Part shown: positions 39,201 to 51,700 of the stretch, piece after piece
Layout: every line of letters starts with the position of its first letter
Numbering within the stretch: position 1 is the first letter of the stretch
NCBI GenBank assembly: GCA_002633005.1
Contig: NMRA01000017.1
Coordinates: 764,001-828,000, forward strand
Reading direction: 5' to 3'
Source of the DNA: Phoronis australis
Taxonomy: Eukaryota > Animalia > Phoronida
Length of the DNA: 64,000 nucleotides
The notes under the pieces: model-generated
Database searches by the model: none
What the model was told of the DNA's origin: nothing
Seen by the model: the letters and a program-made list of their open reading frames with translations, nothing else
Position numbers and translations under genes: made by a program

Positions 39201-42200
39201 GCTGACTACGCACTCCGTAGCTTTTACAAATCTTGTCCATATACCAGTCTATGCATACCGATTAGTCGTACAGTAGACCTAAATTTGTCACTTTTGAAAA
39301 TTGCAGTATCTGAGAATATTACAATAATTTCTAATTATTCAGTTGAATTACACAAATCAATGTTAAAATGTGACGTATTTGCAATAATATTGCACAAAGT
39401 CGAGTAATAGCGACAAGGGAGCATAAGAAAAATATCACTTTCATGACACTTTTCTTGAAACAATCCTCAAGTGTCTTTATGTTTTCCCACTTACAGTCCT
39501 TACACGTGCATACTATGGCGTGGTATTGTGTTGCACTTTAAAACTATTTGTGAATACTGTTGTCCACTTGGTTGAAAGTAATGTTCTCACTGAAGACGTT
39601 CACTGTTTAATACTAAATAAATAGATAAATTAGTAAGCAAGTAACATGAAATAAATATTGCGTTACATTAATTCAAGTATTTTATGCACAAAATCGTCAG
39701 TTACAGCGAAATCACTGGAAACTAATTTTAGAAATACAATTTTTAGACGCGCAGTCTCAGAAACTCCGACATTCGCATCGCTGTGGGAAAATCAGTAACG
39801 AAACCAATCATAAACAAAACATAAGACCCCAAATTTTTTTAAGTCTAATGCTTTTATTACACACGATTTACATTTGCGATCGGTGCCACCCACTGCCCAA
39901 TATATGATGGAAAGGTACGCAACGAAATTTGTCTATCGTAATGACCCTAAATGGTAAATTTGGAAAGGAACTTATGCTGTGATCTGACAGCAACAAAGAT
40001 AAAATATATCCACATACTTAAAGCTACAGGGCCTTACGTCTGTGATGTACTGAGCCACTAAACCTCAGTTACAGTATGTTAGACCTAGTCACGTAATTAC
40101 TTGCAAGAAGAAACGGTTGGAGTACAAATGTATGTCAGCTACATAGAGGCGTGAAACTACAGCGTCTTGGTGAAATTCGAAGACACATTACCAGAAAACA
40201 GACTTCTTATCATTTACAAAGCGACTTTTTACCACACTCGCTTGTCCTCTAATTTTTCATTAGGGAACATATTTTTGAATTTATCAAACAAAGACGAGAT
40301 CGAATTATGAAAAAGTCCACTTACAATATTTTCAACTTCGTTTTTACTTTCATTCATCGTGACGTATTTCGGACCTTCCTTGTTGTTCTGTGACGCCACA
40401 GTTTATGACTTAAACAACTGGGATACTTTAAAGATGCTATGTCTCATTAAAACCATGAATATTCAAATTTGTATCAAGCGTCACCTAGTGACTTGCTGGA
40501 GAACTGCGTGTACAAGTACAATCAGGAAAAGATTATAATTTGTAAATAAACTACGGTTTTAAAAAAAATACCAAAACTCATTCACTTAAAAACAAGTGTT
40601 AACATATAAAAAACCTAATAATTCCACCAAATAGTACGCAATCGATATTTGAAAGTGAAATAAGCAAATAATAAAATCTGTGCCTTGTTTTAATAGGGTA
40701 ACGATGACATGTTACTGTACTTGTTTACATAAAAATAGTCACGCAAAAGGAGACTTTTGCGAGATTGTAATGGCATACCGGAAGACCCGGAATTGTCTGT
40801 AAACAAGTACTTCATTTGCATATTGACAATTTATAGAGTCGTAGCATCTTTAATTCAGAAACTAATCCGCGCGGTAGTGGTGCTACCAAATCGGATACAG
40901 ACTGTCCTCCAGTTATGTGACTACGGTTCTTGGTCGCTCTTATAACCGAACAAACGGATACAACACTATGTATGCAAGCGTACGAGGCTACAACATCCCA
41001 CAGGCTCACAGCAACCCATATCTCGTTTTGGATCTGCCTGGTCGGCACAAATGTTGTCTACTCCCCCACAAATTGAAGAAATGGTGTGCCGGCAGATAGG
41101 GCTCATCCCTGTGCTACTAATAGACTTTTTTCACAGGAACTGAAGCCAACAAAAATGACATTGACTACTACAATAAAACATTAATAATAAAGTCACTCTT
41201 TGTATTATTCAACAAAAATCTCTGTCTAAATCGAACCAAAGCAATGAACGCCTGTTTTTGTGATCACTTCACATACCGACAAACAAATCATTTGTCGGAG
41301 GAAATGATGTCATTGACAGGAAGGTGTGTAGAAATAGTGAAACTTGCCTTTAGTTTCACCGTAACTTAGTAATTACGTAGGAGGACCTTTTGTATAGAGT
41401 AATGTCTATCAAAGACATGAATGTGTTGATACAAATCACAGCTGAACTTTGTTAGTTCATAAGTTGTCGGCGCTTCGTGCGCCCTTAGAGGACATCTTCA
41501 ACTAATTCAGCTTGAATGTTGATTCTACTTTATCATACTTTCAGTGAGGGATATTATTCAAGTTAAAATCTGGAATGAAATTCATCCGTTGAGTTCTTGG
41601 CTAGTACCGACTTCGAACACCCGAAATCGCCATTCGATCATCACAGTTTGTTTCCAGTGGACTGAGGGTCTGAGTTTGTGTCATGACTCAAATGAAGGTT
41701 TTTAAAATCATTCTAGGAAAGTACCATTTAAAGTGTTTTGTAATGCATTTGTAAAAAGACTATCAAGCAACTATCCAAAATACAAAATACACTTTGACGT
41801 GATTCGAAATTATTCAATTTAAAAATTGCATTATTTCGAAACAATTCAATTTAAAAATTGAATTATTTCGAATAACCTCAAACTGTGCAGTTACCTGGTT
41901 AAGTTTTAATAAGGGCGTAACGTTATTGCGACCAGAGCCCTAATTAAGAACGCTTTTTTCCAAACGCCTACCAGATATCCACCCGGCGCGCTTTTTCTGA
42001 TAAAAGTTTTTTTAGATTCAGCAAGCAAGACCAGTTGGATGTTCGGTGTACGTCCTCGCTCAGTGTCCCTTGTACATTGGGATGTTCACAGGCGACGGAA
42101 TGTGGNGGGGGGGGGGGGGTCGTTGCGCAACCACAATAACTTTTCGCGAAGGTAAGAGCCATCTGGCCCCCTTAAGTCCACCAATGACGTTTTTGCAATG

Positions 42201-43853
42201 TAGGAATGACGTCGGATGTAAAATCATTGAAAATGATAGATATTTGACGTTTACCCAACGTCGGTGCCGACGAGTTATCGGTGTCTAAACAATGTCGATT
42301 CAACTGAAACGTGTCCGAGTTTTGGGGTTTAATGAACATTCTAATTCATTACAACGTCTTTTTCTGGGGTTGTCGTCTGCTCACCGTCGTCATAATTATC
42401 ATTCATCTTCCTGTATCCTAACACTGACGGTGCATGTACGCACTGCGTGTGACTTGAGTCGGCGGTGGTAATGTTTTTAAACCCCAAATATTAAGAATTC
42501 AGCAAAATACTGCTAAACAATGGCAAAATGCGTGAGCTTTAAGAGTCGTTGAACCAATGAAATAATAAAACCGTTAAGATGAACAGTTTCTTCATCAGAC
42601 ACTTATGATGAAATTTTTTTTGAAAACAATGGCCTAAAGCTTTGACTGTTAAAATGTTTTAAATGTGTTGCATTCGTCTGCTCACTATGGCAGTATACTT
42701 GTACAATTTCATAAGGTTTGACCTATCAGCAGTCCGATTAAACCTTGAGGCTTAATACATCCTGGAAACAATCTGCAATGATACGTTCACGTTTGTGTTG
42801 TTTGGGAATATTCTCAGCGACAGGTCTGTACATTTTAGCCAAATATCTAAAAACTATAAATTTCAACACAGTAAAAGTACATACATATATTTTCTGAAAG
42901 TAGAAAGCAAGCAGAAATCAATTTTGACTTAAAAACATTAATCTGCAATTAATTAGGTCAATGCTAATTAAAACGGAAAGCCATAATAGCTACAGAAATA
43001 CTTTAAATAAAAACGACACAGTTTATTAGTGGTCTTAATAAATACCCCTAAATCTCTAACCCAAATTCACTTGGCATCGACGTTCTGACTAATGACAAGT
43101 GTCGCAAATTCTCATTGTATTAGGGAGCATAACTTGTATTTTGAAGGAATACTTGTATTTCGAAGGAATACTGCGACCACGGTTGCTCTATACAGTGAAT
43201 CACGTGTCAGATTATGAATACCCTTGTATGCAGTAGAAAACAAATTTCTGATGTGTGGTTCGAATTATTTTGGCGTGACATCCTAAATCAAACGTTAGTG
43301 ACTGCAAGCGTTCCTTCAACATAGCACAAATTGATCGCTCCCCTCTCCAGTTGTTTTAAATTAATATTAATCCATTTACACACAGTTGTGTTAGTGTACA
43401 CGTTCCGTTATTGTTGAGAACGCCGCAGAAGTGCCTTTTCTGATAAAATCTATTAACCTTATAAGACCACTGCGTTACATGGTTCAATGAAATGCAGACG
43501 TCACGCCTGCTACAAAGTAACAGTTACATCGTAAGTCGGATGACAATTCAAGTAGCATTATGTCCAAACTTGCTTTCAAAAATTTTAACTTTGATTTAGT
43601 CCACGTACTTTTATGACATTTGTGCCACGTTGTCACTTAGTCAAAAATAAGTGTGATCTTAGAGAGTGACCTGAAATTTTAAGTGCTCAGCCTCGGTGAA
43701 GAAATAACAGTTCTTCCCGACTCAAGTGAGGAGCAAACTAAGCCTAATTTTATAAAGTTAAGAAACTTAAGATTTTTTACATACCCTTTTAACCCTTAAG
43801 TACCCTTTTAACTTCGGTTTGTTTATAACTAGGCTGTAGAATACCGTTTCCAG

Positions 43854-43918
43854 AGTAGAGTTCTGTAGCTATCTCGTGGCGAGAAAATCTGGCCCAAATC
43901 ACGTGCTCTCCTTTAAAA
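43854..43918. mobile_element. MITE-like family A, partial inverted copy
   Basis: GTAGAGTTCTGTAGCT...AAAATCTGGCCCAAATCACGTGCTCTC resembles the reverse complement of the right end of 54227-54384. Confidence 0.55.
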
Positions 43919-45034
43919 TAAAACTTATAATGTCATATTTGAAGCAGGTACAAATGTTCAAAATCAAATGAAATTAATTGGTTACCATCGTTACCGAGGA
44001 TGACATTTCTTGAATTAGTTTTGAAGTATTAATTTGAGAATCATAAAACTATATATTTTGTAAATCCTTGATGCTTACATGATCTCAGTTATTACTTTCA
44101 CACAATTATCCCAGATGACCGTAATCATGTAACAGCGTCGTTTCTACATGTAAAAATCTCGCCGTAATTTCCACAAACGTATTTTATCTTTATTTAAATA
44201 GGTACAAAAAGCTTAGATTTTCTTTCAAAAGAAAATAATTGGTTTTATGGCCGAAAAGTGCATTTTTGTTATTATTGCTGGATAAGATACACTCCCTGAA
44301 TTTATTAACTTTGACTAGAGCTATCCATTGTTTTTGTGATTTTACTCCAAATCGCGAATTCTCGCCGTTGTCTGCCATTTTCTGAAATCAAAGCCGACCG
44401 CCCCCTACCGGCGCTTAAGAATACGTTACAATTTTTGGAGTGAGATTTAGGTCTCCCAGCAAAGCATTTATCTGCAAACGAGGCCAGGGGTCTGGGTGAG
44501 TCAGGTGATTCAATATCGATATCAGAACATCACTTTTCTCTTAAAGGGAGTTTTGCCACACAAACTAACTGTCAAAAACGAAGACATGTACATATAAATT
44601 CAATGTAACAAAGAGTAAATATTTTTCGAGCGAGGCCCTTTTCTCGAAGTGTGCATGCGTGAGTGTGAATGTTGTTTGTCTTTTTGTTATTGTCAGTTTA
44701 TAGTAATAAGATAAAAAAACAATTCATTGACAAGTCTTGGTTTTCCACGGCCGAGTTCTCTGTCTAAAGGGAGACGAAGTTCTAATGGTACAGCTGTTTG
44801 ATTAACAACAAATAACAATAACTTGTGACTAATTCCATCCGATGATCAAAATTTGGCCACTTCTCATCCTGTTTTTACGTATCCAACATTTCTAAAAACA
44901 ATCATCTTGATTTTATTTTTGTTGACACGTATCCTCATGTTAAAATCCTATAATCACTATAGACTTGTTGGGTTCAAGAACGTGCAGATTCTAAGGTATC
45001 AAAACTGCGTTGGTAGGGTTGTTTCGTGAGTGCT

Positions 45035-45316
45035 CTGGGATCTGGTTCGTGAAAAGCGACTTTTAAGTCTTAAAAGACTTGAGACAGGAATTTGGTGTTA
45101 CGCTCCAACTCCACACTTACTGAATAAAGGATTTGCGTATTACAGCCAAGAAATAATTTACAGAAACTATCTCAGTAACTAGCAGTATGTGTACATTTTA
45201 CGAGACTTTGGACTTTTGCTCCAAGTTAGATTTAGTTTTTTTTAGAATTATTGTTGGGAGCGTAAGACTAAATTTCGGACTTAAGTCTTAGTCAATTTTT
45301 ATGAAACAGGCCCCGG
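45035..45316. mobile_element. MITE-like family D with GGGG-CTGTTTCA-GAAAA type TIRs
   Basis: Left end GGGATCTGGTTCGTGAAAAGCGACT and right end AGTCAATTTTTATGAAACAGGCCCCGG are imperfect inverted repeats. Similar ends occur near 10760, 21339, 47097 and 56706. Confidence 0.55.
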
Positions 45317-45717
45317 ATGCATGTGGCTCACTGACAAAATGAGCCAGTTGTACAAGCGCGAAAGTCTCACAAATAACGTTACTAAGTTTCGTTAGCGACG
45401 AGGAGTGATACTTTAATTGAAGGAGTAGACAATTTTTTGAGTGGACGACGAATACAACTTAACTTCAAATTTAATTTTGCTTCGACCAATAATAATCCTT
45501 AATAACAGACCACTTCTAGGAAGCAACTTGTTCCCGCATATTACCTAATAATTTCTGCCGTTTGCTGCCATACACGCGGATAGCAACGTCATTGTCCCTG
45601 TGGATGAGGGGTTGGCAAAAGTGAGTCAAATTATTCTTTCCCCGTCGATTTCACCGCCTTTTGTTTTCGTTACAGCTGTGAGACACGCCAAAACGCACGC
45701 GATGTTTGAAGGGTGAA

Positions 45718-45772
45718 ATGGACAATATTGTTGCTCTGTTTCTTACAGTCATGGTGTATTTAAGTATGCGAG
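45718..45772 (+). CDS. nAChR coding exon 1 (signal peptide [18 protein letters not shown])
   Basis: ATG, a hydrophobic stretch and a strong donor AG|GTAAGA in phase 1, matching the phase-1 acceptor of exon 2. Confidence 0.75.
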
Positions 45773-48700
45773 GTAAGATTTACACGACCTTCCTTGACTA
45801 AAGCTCGGCTTTTACGTAAGTTTTATGCAAAAAGAGATTCCATCAGATCCATTAGCATGCCTGTGTCCAGAGCTGTGAAATGTCATTAACCTGCTTTATT
45901 GCAGTTCGATTTGTTGAACATTAACTGTTCTCAGCTTTACATATAGGTTGCCCTCGATTCATTTACTGGCATCAACTGCGATTCTCTCTGATGAACACGG
46001 TTCATGTGCGAAGAACAGGCAGTTCGTTATTGGAGTAATGTTTTTTTTTGTTTTAATGTTCTGAGATTTTGAATCGGAGAGCAGATAGTATGAGAAGAGA
46101 TTTTTCGAGATGAGTAATATGACTTAGGCTATCTTTAGTGAAGTTATTCTTACATTTCGGTATAAAGTCTGAACAAATGACAAGGTATGCCTTCACACCC
46201 ACCACCCTCTTCAAAACCCTCCCTAGTCCCTCCGTCTCACCTCACTCCCTAAAATTCAACCATAAGATATACACTCAGCTTCTGTTCTGCTGTTTTCAAA
46301 TGCTATTCACATGTTTGACTTCGCCATCGCAACTATTCAGTAAATGAAGAGTGAAATATCCTCAAAGTTAGTCTAACTGTTTTTAACGATTGAAACAGCT
46401 TGTCTAAACAAGACGACTAAACGAGCGCGCGCATTACTAAATCACCAATTGGTCTTAATAGGTACGGTAATCATTCTAATGACTTAAGTGTCAGTTTTTC
46501 AAATGAATTACGCAACGATTATATAAGGCGACAACTGCTATGAAATGCGTCAGCGTCCTCAGTGTGGGAACTAAACTGCGTGTTTGCTTCGTCACAAACT
46601 CGTCGCCAGTTTAACCGATAAAAGTGTCATAATCGAATCAAATGCAGTTTTGATTAGTTCAAAACATTCTTAGATTATTTTTTAACCTGAAATTTTGATC
46701 AAGTATCAAAATATTGAAGGAATAAATAGAAATTACGAAATACTATAGCTGTACGAATACGTCATCAAGTGCAATTTGGTGATGTGCTCCCAACGGAGTT
46801 CGTACACTAGTAATGTAAATTGAGTTGTATTATTTGTACTTCTCACAAACAAAACGTTCGAGCAACTGAAACAGAAAAGGACACTTCATACTAGCAATTA
46901 AGATAAGTGAAAACTCCGAGTAGAAGACAATTTCTGTAACTTATTTTGTATAAAATCCAAGGACTGCATGTCCATTGAACATTATTCCAAATTTTTTGTT
47001 GCAAGTAATTGTGTAGCGAAGTAAAATTATATTTTGTTGGGAAATTTTAAAACGTTTAACTAATGACCATATCGTGACGATTTCAAATGTACAGTGCAGG
47101 GGCCCGTTCCAAAAAGCTGACTTAACTTCATTTTTAACATAAGTTTAAGATTTGTCTTAACTTCCAAACTTTGAAACTTCCACATCCGCTAAGTTAGTCG
47201 AACTTAGACACAACGGACTTAAAACAATTTGAATTATATGTTAAAATTGACTGAAATTTAAGTTGACGCGATCACGAACATTGCGTGATCTCGTGAAAAT
47301 TTGCGACGTTGGTATAGAACAAATCTATTAGTTGGAAGAATAACTTCAACATGAACATTACTACTAGATTACAGCCTTCCACGTATTCAACGCGTTTCTT
47401 CAATTTCTTTAAGTCCACAAAAATGAAGTTCAATGCCAATTAACCCTCCCCGGCATTTTGTTGAAGCTCCTGACATCCAATCACAACTGGAAATTCTCTA
47501 GAGAATTCTTTTGCTTATGCCAATTTTGAAAAACGGTTGTCATGTTGAAAGAATGCCATTCGGGCATACATTTTGTCCAGTATGATTGAGTTAATTGAAT
47601 GTAAAGCGAAGCCGGAGTATCTGTCGCTAGCAGAGCTAGCGTAACTGATGAATTCTAAACATTTGCGTACCAGTTGAACACGTGACGAATTGAACGAGTT
47701 GAACAAATAGTTCTCGGGTTGGCTGTACGTCAGCTTTGACAAATCTAAAATTGCATTTTGTTTCCTTTCTGCCCTGAGAACGTCATAAAACTTTTAGAAT
47801 TTATTTCAATGTGCAAAGTGGACCTGTTCCTTTGACAGCACAGTTGCCTGTTGATGACCACACCCAATACCTAAGATAGACGTTCCCAATACCTCGGCGA
47901 ATAAAACTAATAAATAGAGTCACCAATGCAGAAATTCTGTATCGTTGAAAATTCACAACGTATTTGCCTATTCTGAACTTAAACATTATCTACACTCTTG
48001 ACGTGCTTTCTTTGAACCATCACCCGTATCGTTTTTTGAAACACGGCTCACTTCAGCACCAACTTTTAGTTCATGCGCGCTCATGTTATGCATTAGCTGT
48101 GCACGAATTTCTTTCAGTGATCGCAGCGTTTCAATACAGAAGCTACAAAAACAAAAGTGAGAATGGGAAACGAAGTAGAAACGTTAGGCGTATGCTTACT
48201 AATTAATTAATTTGGAGCCACTGACTCGTTTATGCCCACCTGTGGTAATCATTGAGCGATTAGAGTACGGGCACTTTTCCTATCAGTCGGGGTAAAAATA
48301 CCAGCCGCAGTTTTGGTATGTGGCAAACGATGTGCAAGTTAACGAGATAATGAAATGGATAGGTTAAACCAGGTACATCGCGCATGACTTAAATTATTGA
48401 GAATTGGTTTGAGCTGGCTCATGTTTTACAATTTCTGTTGTTTGTGATTTTTTGTTTGAATTGTGTCAACCTACCTCTTCCCTGTGCTTTGTGAATACAA
48501 AGCCTTGTACATAGTGTCGTCTCTGGAAATAGTGTTTTTTTAACAAGTGTCAACGTTTCCGCCTTCGCTGTCAAAAACATTGACGTTTTATTAACAATCG
48601 TGTTCAATGCTTTTAAGTTCCACTCACGGCTATCGTAGACTTAGGTTCAAACATTGTATTTAATTCTTTCAGGTTCTAATTGTTACAATAAGTGACCGTT

Positions 48701-51700
48701 GTTTTTGCCTAGCAGATGGATGAATCTTCCTACTCAGAATAAACCAATTCCCCTACTTACTTAGATTGTACAATTCTCATAAATGTCAGTTGTCTACGAG
48801 AGGATATTACACAAACATTCGTATTATTTTAGTTTGCAGAGTGCAAGCTGACGAAAACGAGTACCGTCTTATGCATGATCTCATGAAGAATTACGATCGC
48901 CGAATTAGACCGTCTGTCAACGCGTCTGAGCCGCTCAACTCCACGTTCGGCCTCGCCCTTGCGCAAATCATCGACGTGGTAAGGCATCTTCAGACTCGAA
49001 AATGTACATGTTCATGTTTATGTCACATGTGGGGCTTACTGTCAATGACAATTTTTGTCGATTGTCTGCTCTTCTGGTCATTCCACTGGGCACCAACAAT
49101 CAAGCTAATACCTAAAATAATAACGTCTGTGATGGATCGTCGACAATGCATTTCGTGAGTTTATGAATGTTTGAAAAGTATCTATCACCCCAAAAACAGT
49201 GCACAATTTCTCGAAACCTTCCTACACATAAAATATCATGCTCGTTAGAGTTTTGTTTGGCCAAAAACAGGACTATCTGAAGGAAAAGGTTCAGCCAAAA
49301 TAAAAAAATGATTAATGTGATTGGTGATTGGTTTTGTGTGCCTATAATTACGTCTGTCGACACCACGAGGGAATATTTTGGCACGTTCACAACACAAAGT
49401 TTACATGAATGAATTATCCAGATGCTATACTTAAGTTTATGTGAACCAACAACAACATACTATTCTCATGAATTGGTTTCTTAATGTTGTCAAAAAGGCG
49501 TAATCGGCTTCATGTCAAAAAACGCATTTTAGGGTCTTGATTTGTTGAAGTTGTTAGTTTTTCCCAGTGTTTATAAAGCAGCAAAACCAGTTGTGTTTTT
49601 TGTTACTTTATTACAAATCGCTGATTCGCAACTGAGGCTTCCAGCTAAAGTTAGCTGAAACAGAGGCGGTGACCTTATCAGCTGTTTCGTTGTTGGGCAC
49701 CATAGACAGGGCGAACGGTACTGCGGTGATCAAAACTCGGCGCGTAAAAATCTAAGGGGTATGTGAGAACAAAGAGGCGACGAGCCGAAACATATTGATG
49801 AAGTAGTCTCACTAGAGTAAGCATCTTGGAAAGAAATCAAGCGCTGAACTGCCGTATGAAATGAGTTGAGCATAATTTGTAAAAATCAGTGCCGAGCATG
49901 CGCGGCAGCTCAGGTAGACAACCAGAAATATCACTATTAATGCTTTCTTTTGCTTTAGTTCAAGTGTAAAATTAACCTAAATTGAAGCTTATACTGTTCC
50001 CAGTCCTAAACTCGTAACCGATTGAATACTCAATTGTGGAGTCAAAAATCGAATGATTTCGGCCAGCCGGTGGCATAACAATACAAAACTCGTTTTCCTG
50101 AATGACCAGATACCCCGATAATTTTAACTCCCAACCTTTGTACTTTGAGGGGGGCGTAACTATCCTGAGTATTGTGTTAGATATTGCACGTTATCATCCA
50201 TACAGTCAGGTGAATTATTCGATGCGAATTTTCCCCACCAAATACTGTACGTTGTTTGCTCTAAAGTTGCATGGCGCACAGTAACAAAATCGTGAGAGAT
50301 TTTGGGAAAAGTTTTGGAGAACTGGTGAAGTACAAATAATTTTGTTGTTATAAGTCAGAGTCTTGACGTCGAATAACCATAAGTAAGAATTATTAGTCTC
50401 ATAAGTGCCTTATATTGGTCACATCACGTGACCTAAAGTTAGGTATGAAAAATGTCTGCCAATTCCTTTCAAACTTAACTTTAAGTTACGTGATGCGACC
50501 AATATATGGAATGTATGAGACTAAAAATGCTTACTTATAATTGATGAGGGGTTTTGACAGTACCCGTGTTTTTACAGTATATGGGTGTATTATACCATAA
50601 CATTAGCCTCGAATGGCAGATACAACCGTGTAATAACCCATTAAGTTATCTCACTAGTGAGATAACATTTTGGCGGGAAACCGAGGCCGGATTCGAACCC
50701 GGGCGTCAAGAGTTTCGAGTCGCCGACTTTACCACATCACCACTCAGTGGTTGACGTCATCGAACGTGAAAATAAAATACTTAAATGAGCACGCGCAACA
50801 TTCGCATGTTCAGCAAAGGGAATTGCACTGACATTTATACGATGTGAAAAATAAGACGCATAATTTCCCTAAAAACGATATTTTAATTCAGTAAAATTTT
50901 TCTCTCGTGTTCTCTCACTTGTAAACCACCGATCTCCAATTTCCCGGTCGAAGCTTGGCGTGATAAAATGTGTAGTAAGCTATAATAGTTGCTTAACCTT
51001 AATTTATAGATTCACTTCATTTCTATTTTGTTTAAATTTCCAATTGGTTTTTGAGTATAAGCATTATTTGACAAAAATAGCTCGGCTTTTCTTAAAAGGT
51101 CACGACCTCCGACTCCGGGCCTCTGACATAGAAAGTAGTTATAAAGCCGAGGCGAATCGAGAAAGGTAGATCTATTCATTGCAATGTTTCTCGTTTAGTA
51201 TGTGGTATAAATAGATTATTACATGTTCTCAGTCGTTATCCCCCTTATCTAGAGCCCTCGTGGATTTTGGAGAATTGTCACTCTCGGGGGTTAACGTACC
51301 ACGGGCGATAATTCTCCGAAAATCCACTCGGGCTCTAGATAACGGGGGATAACGACTTCTATGTTTATTAGCCGAACTTGCTGCGCCGTGTGAGTATTTT
51401 CACGAGACCGAGGCTAAGAACACACCCAAATAAAAACAAATGTATTTAACATATTTACACCTCATACTTAAGATCTAACCCCCATTTTTTCATTAAGTCT
51501 TATTTTCTTCCTCTTTGGCCAATACGTGTAGAAATACAACGACACTGAAAAGCCAGGTTTCAAAAGCACTGATGTCACTCGCGGTTTTTTTCATAGTGTT
51601 TTCTTTTTTCGATTCTATGAATTGTTGGACTTCCATGTCGTCAACTTGGTCCCCAGTCAACTAGCTACCTCCAGTCAAACGTTGACACCTCTTCCAAATC

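Noticed and set aside
42102-42119. Poly-G run as a G-quadruplex element
   Set aside because: It contains an assembly N, so its length and context are unreliable.
50676-50752. Functional tRNA gene
   Set aside because: A- and B-box-like motifs and a T-arm are present, but I could not form an acceptor stem or a full cloverleaf; better explained as a SINE head.
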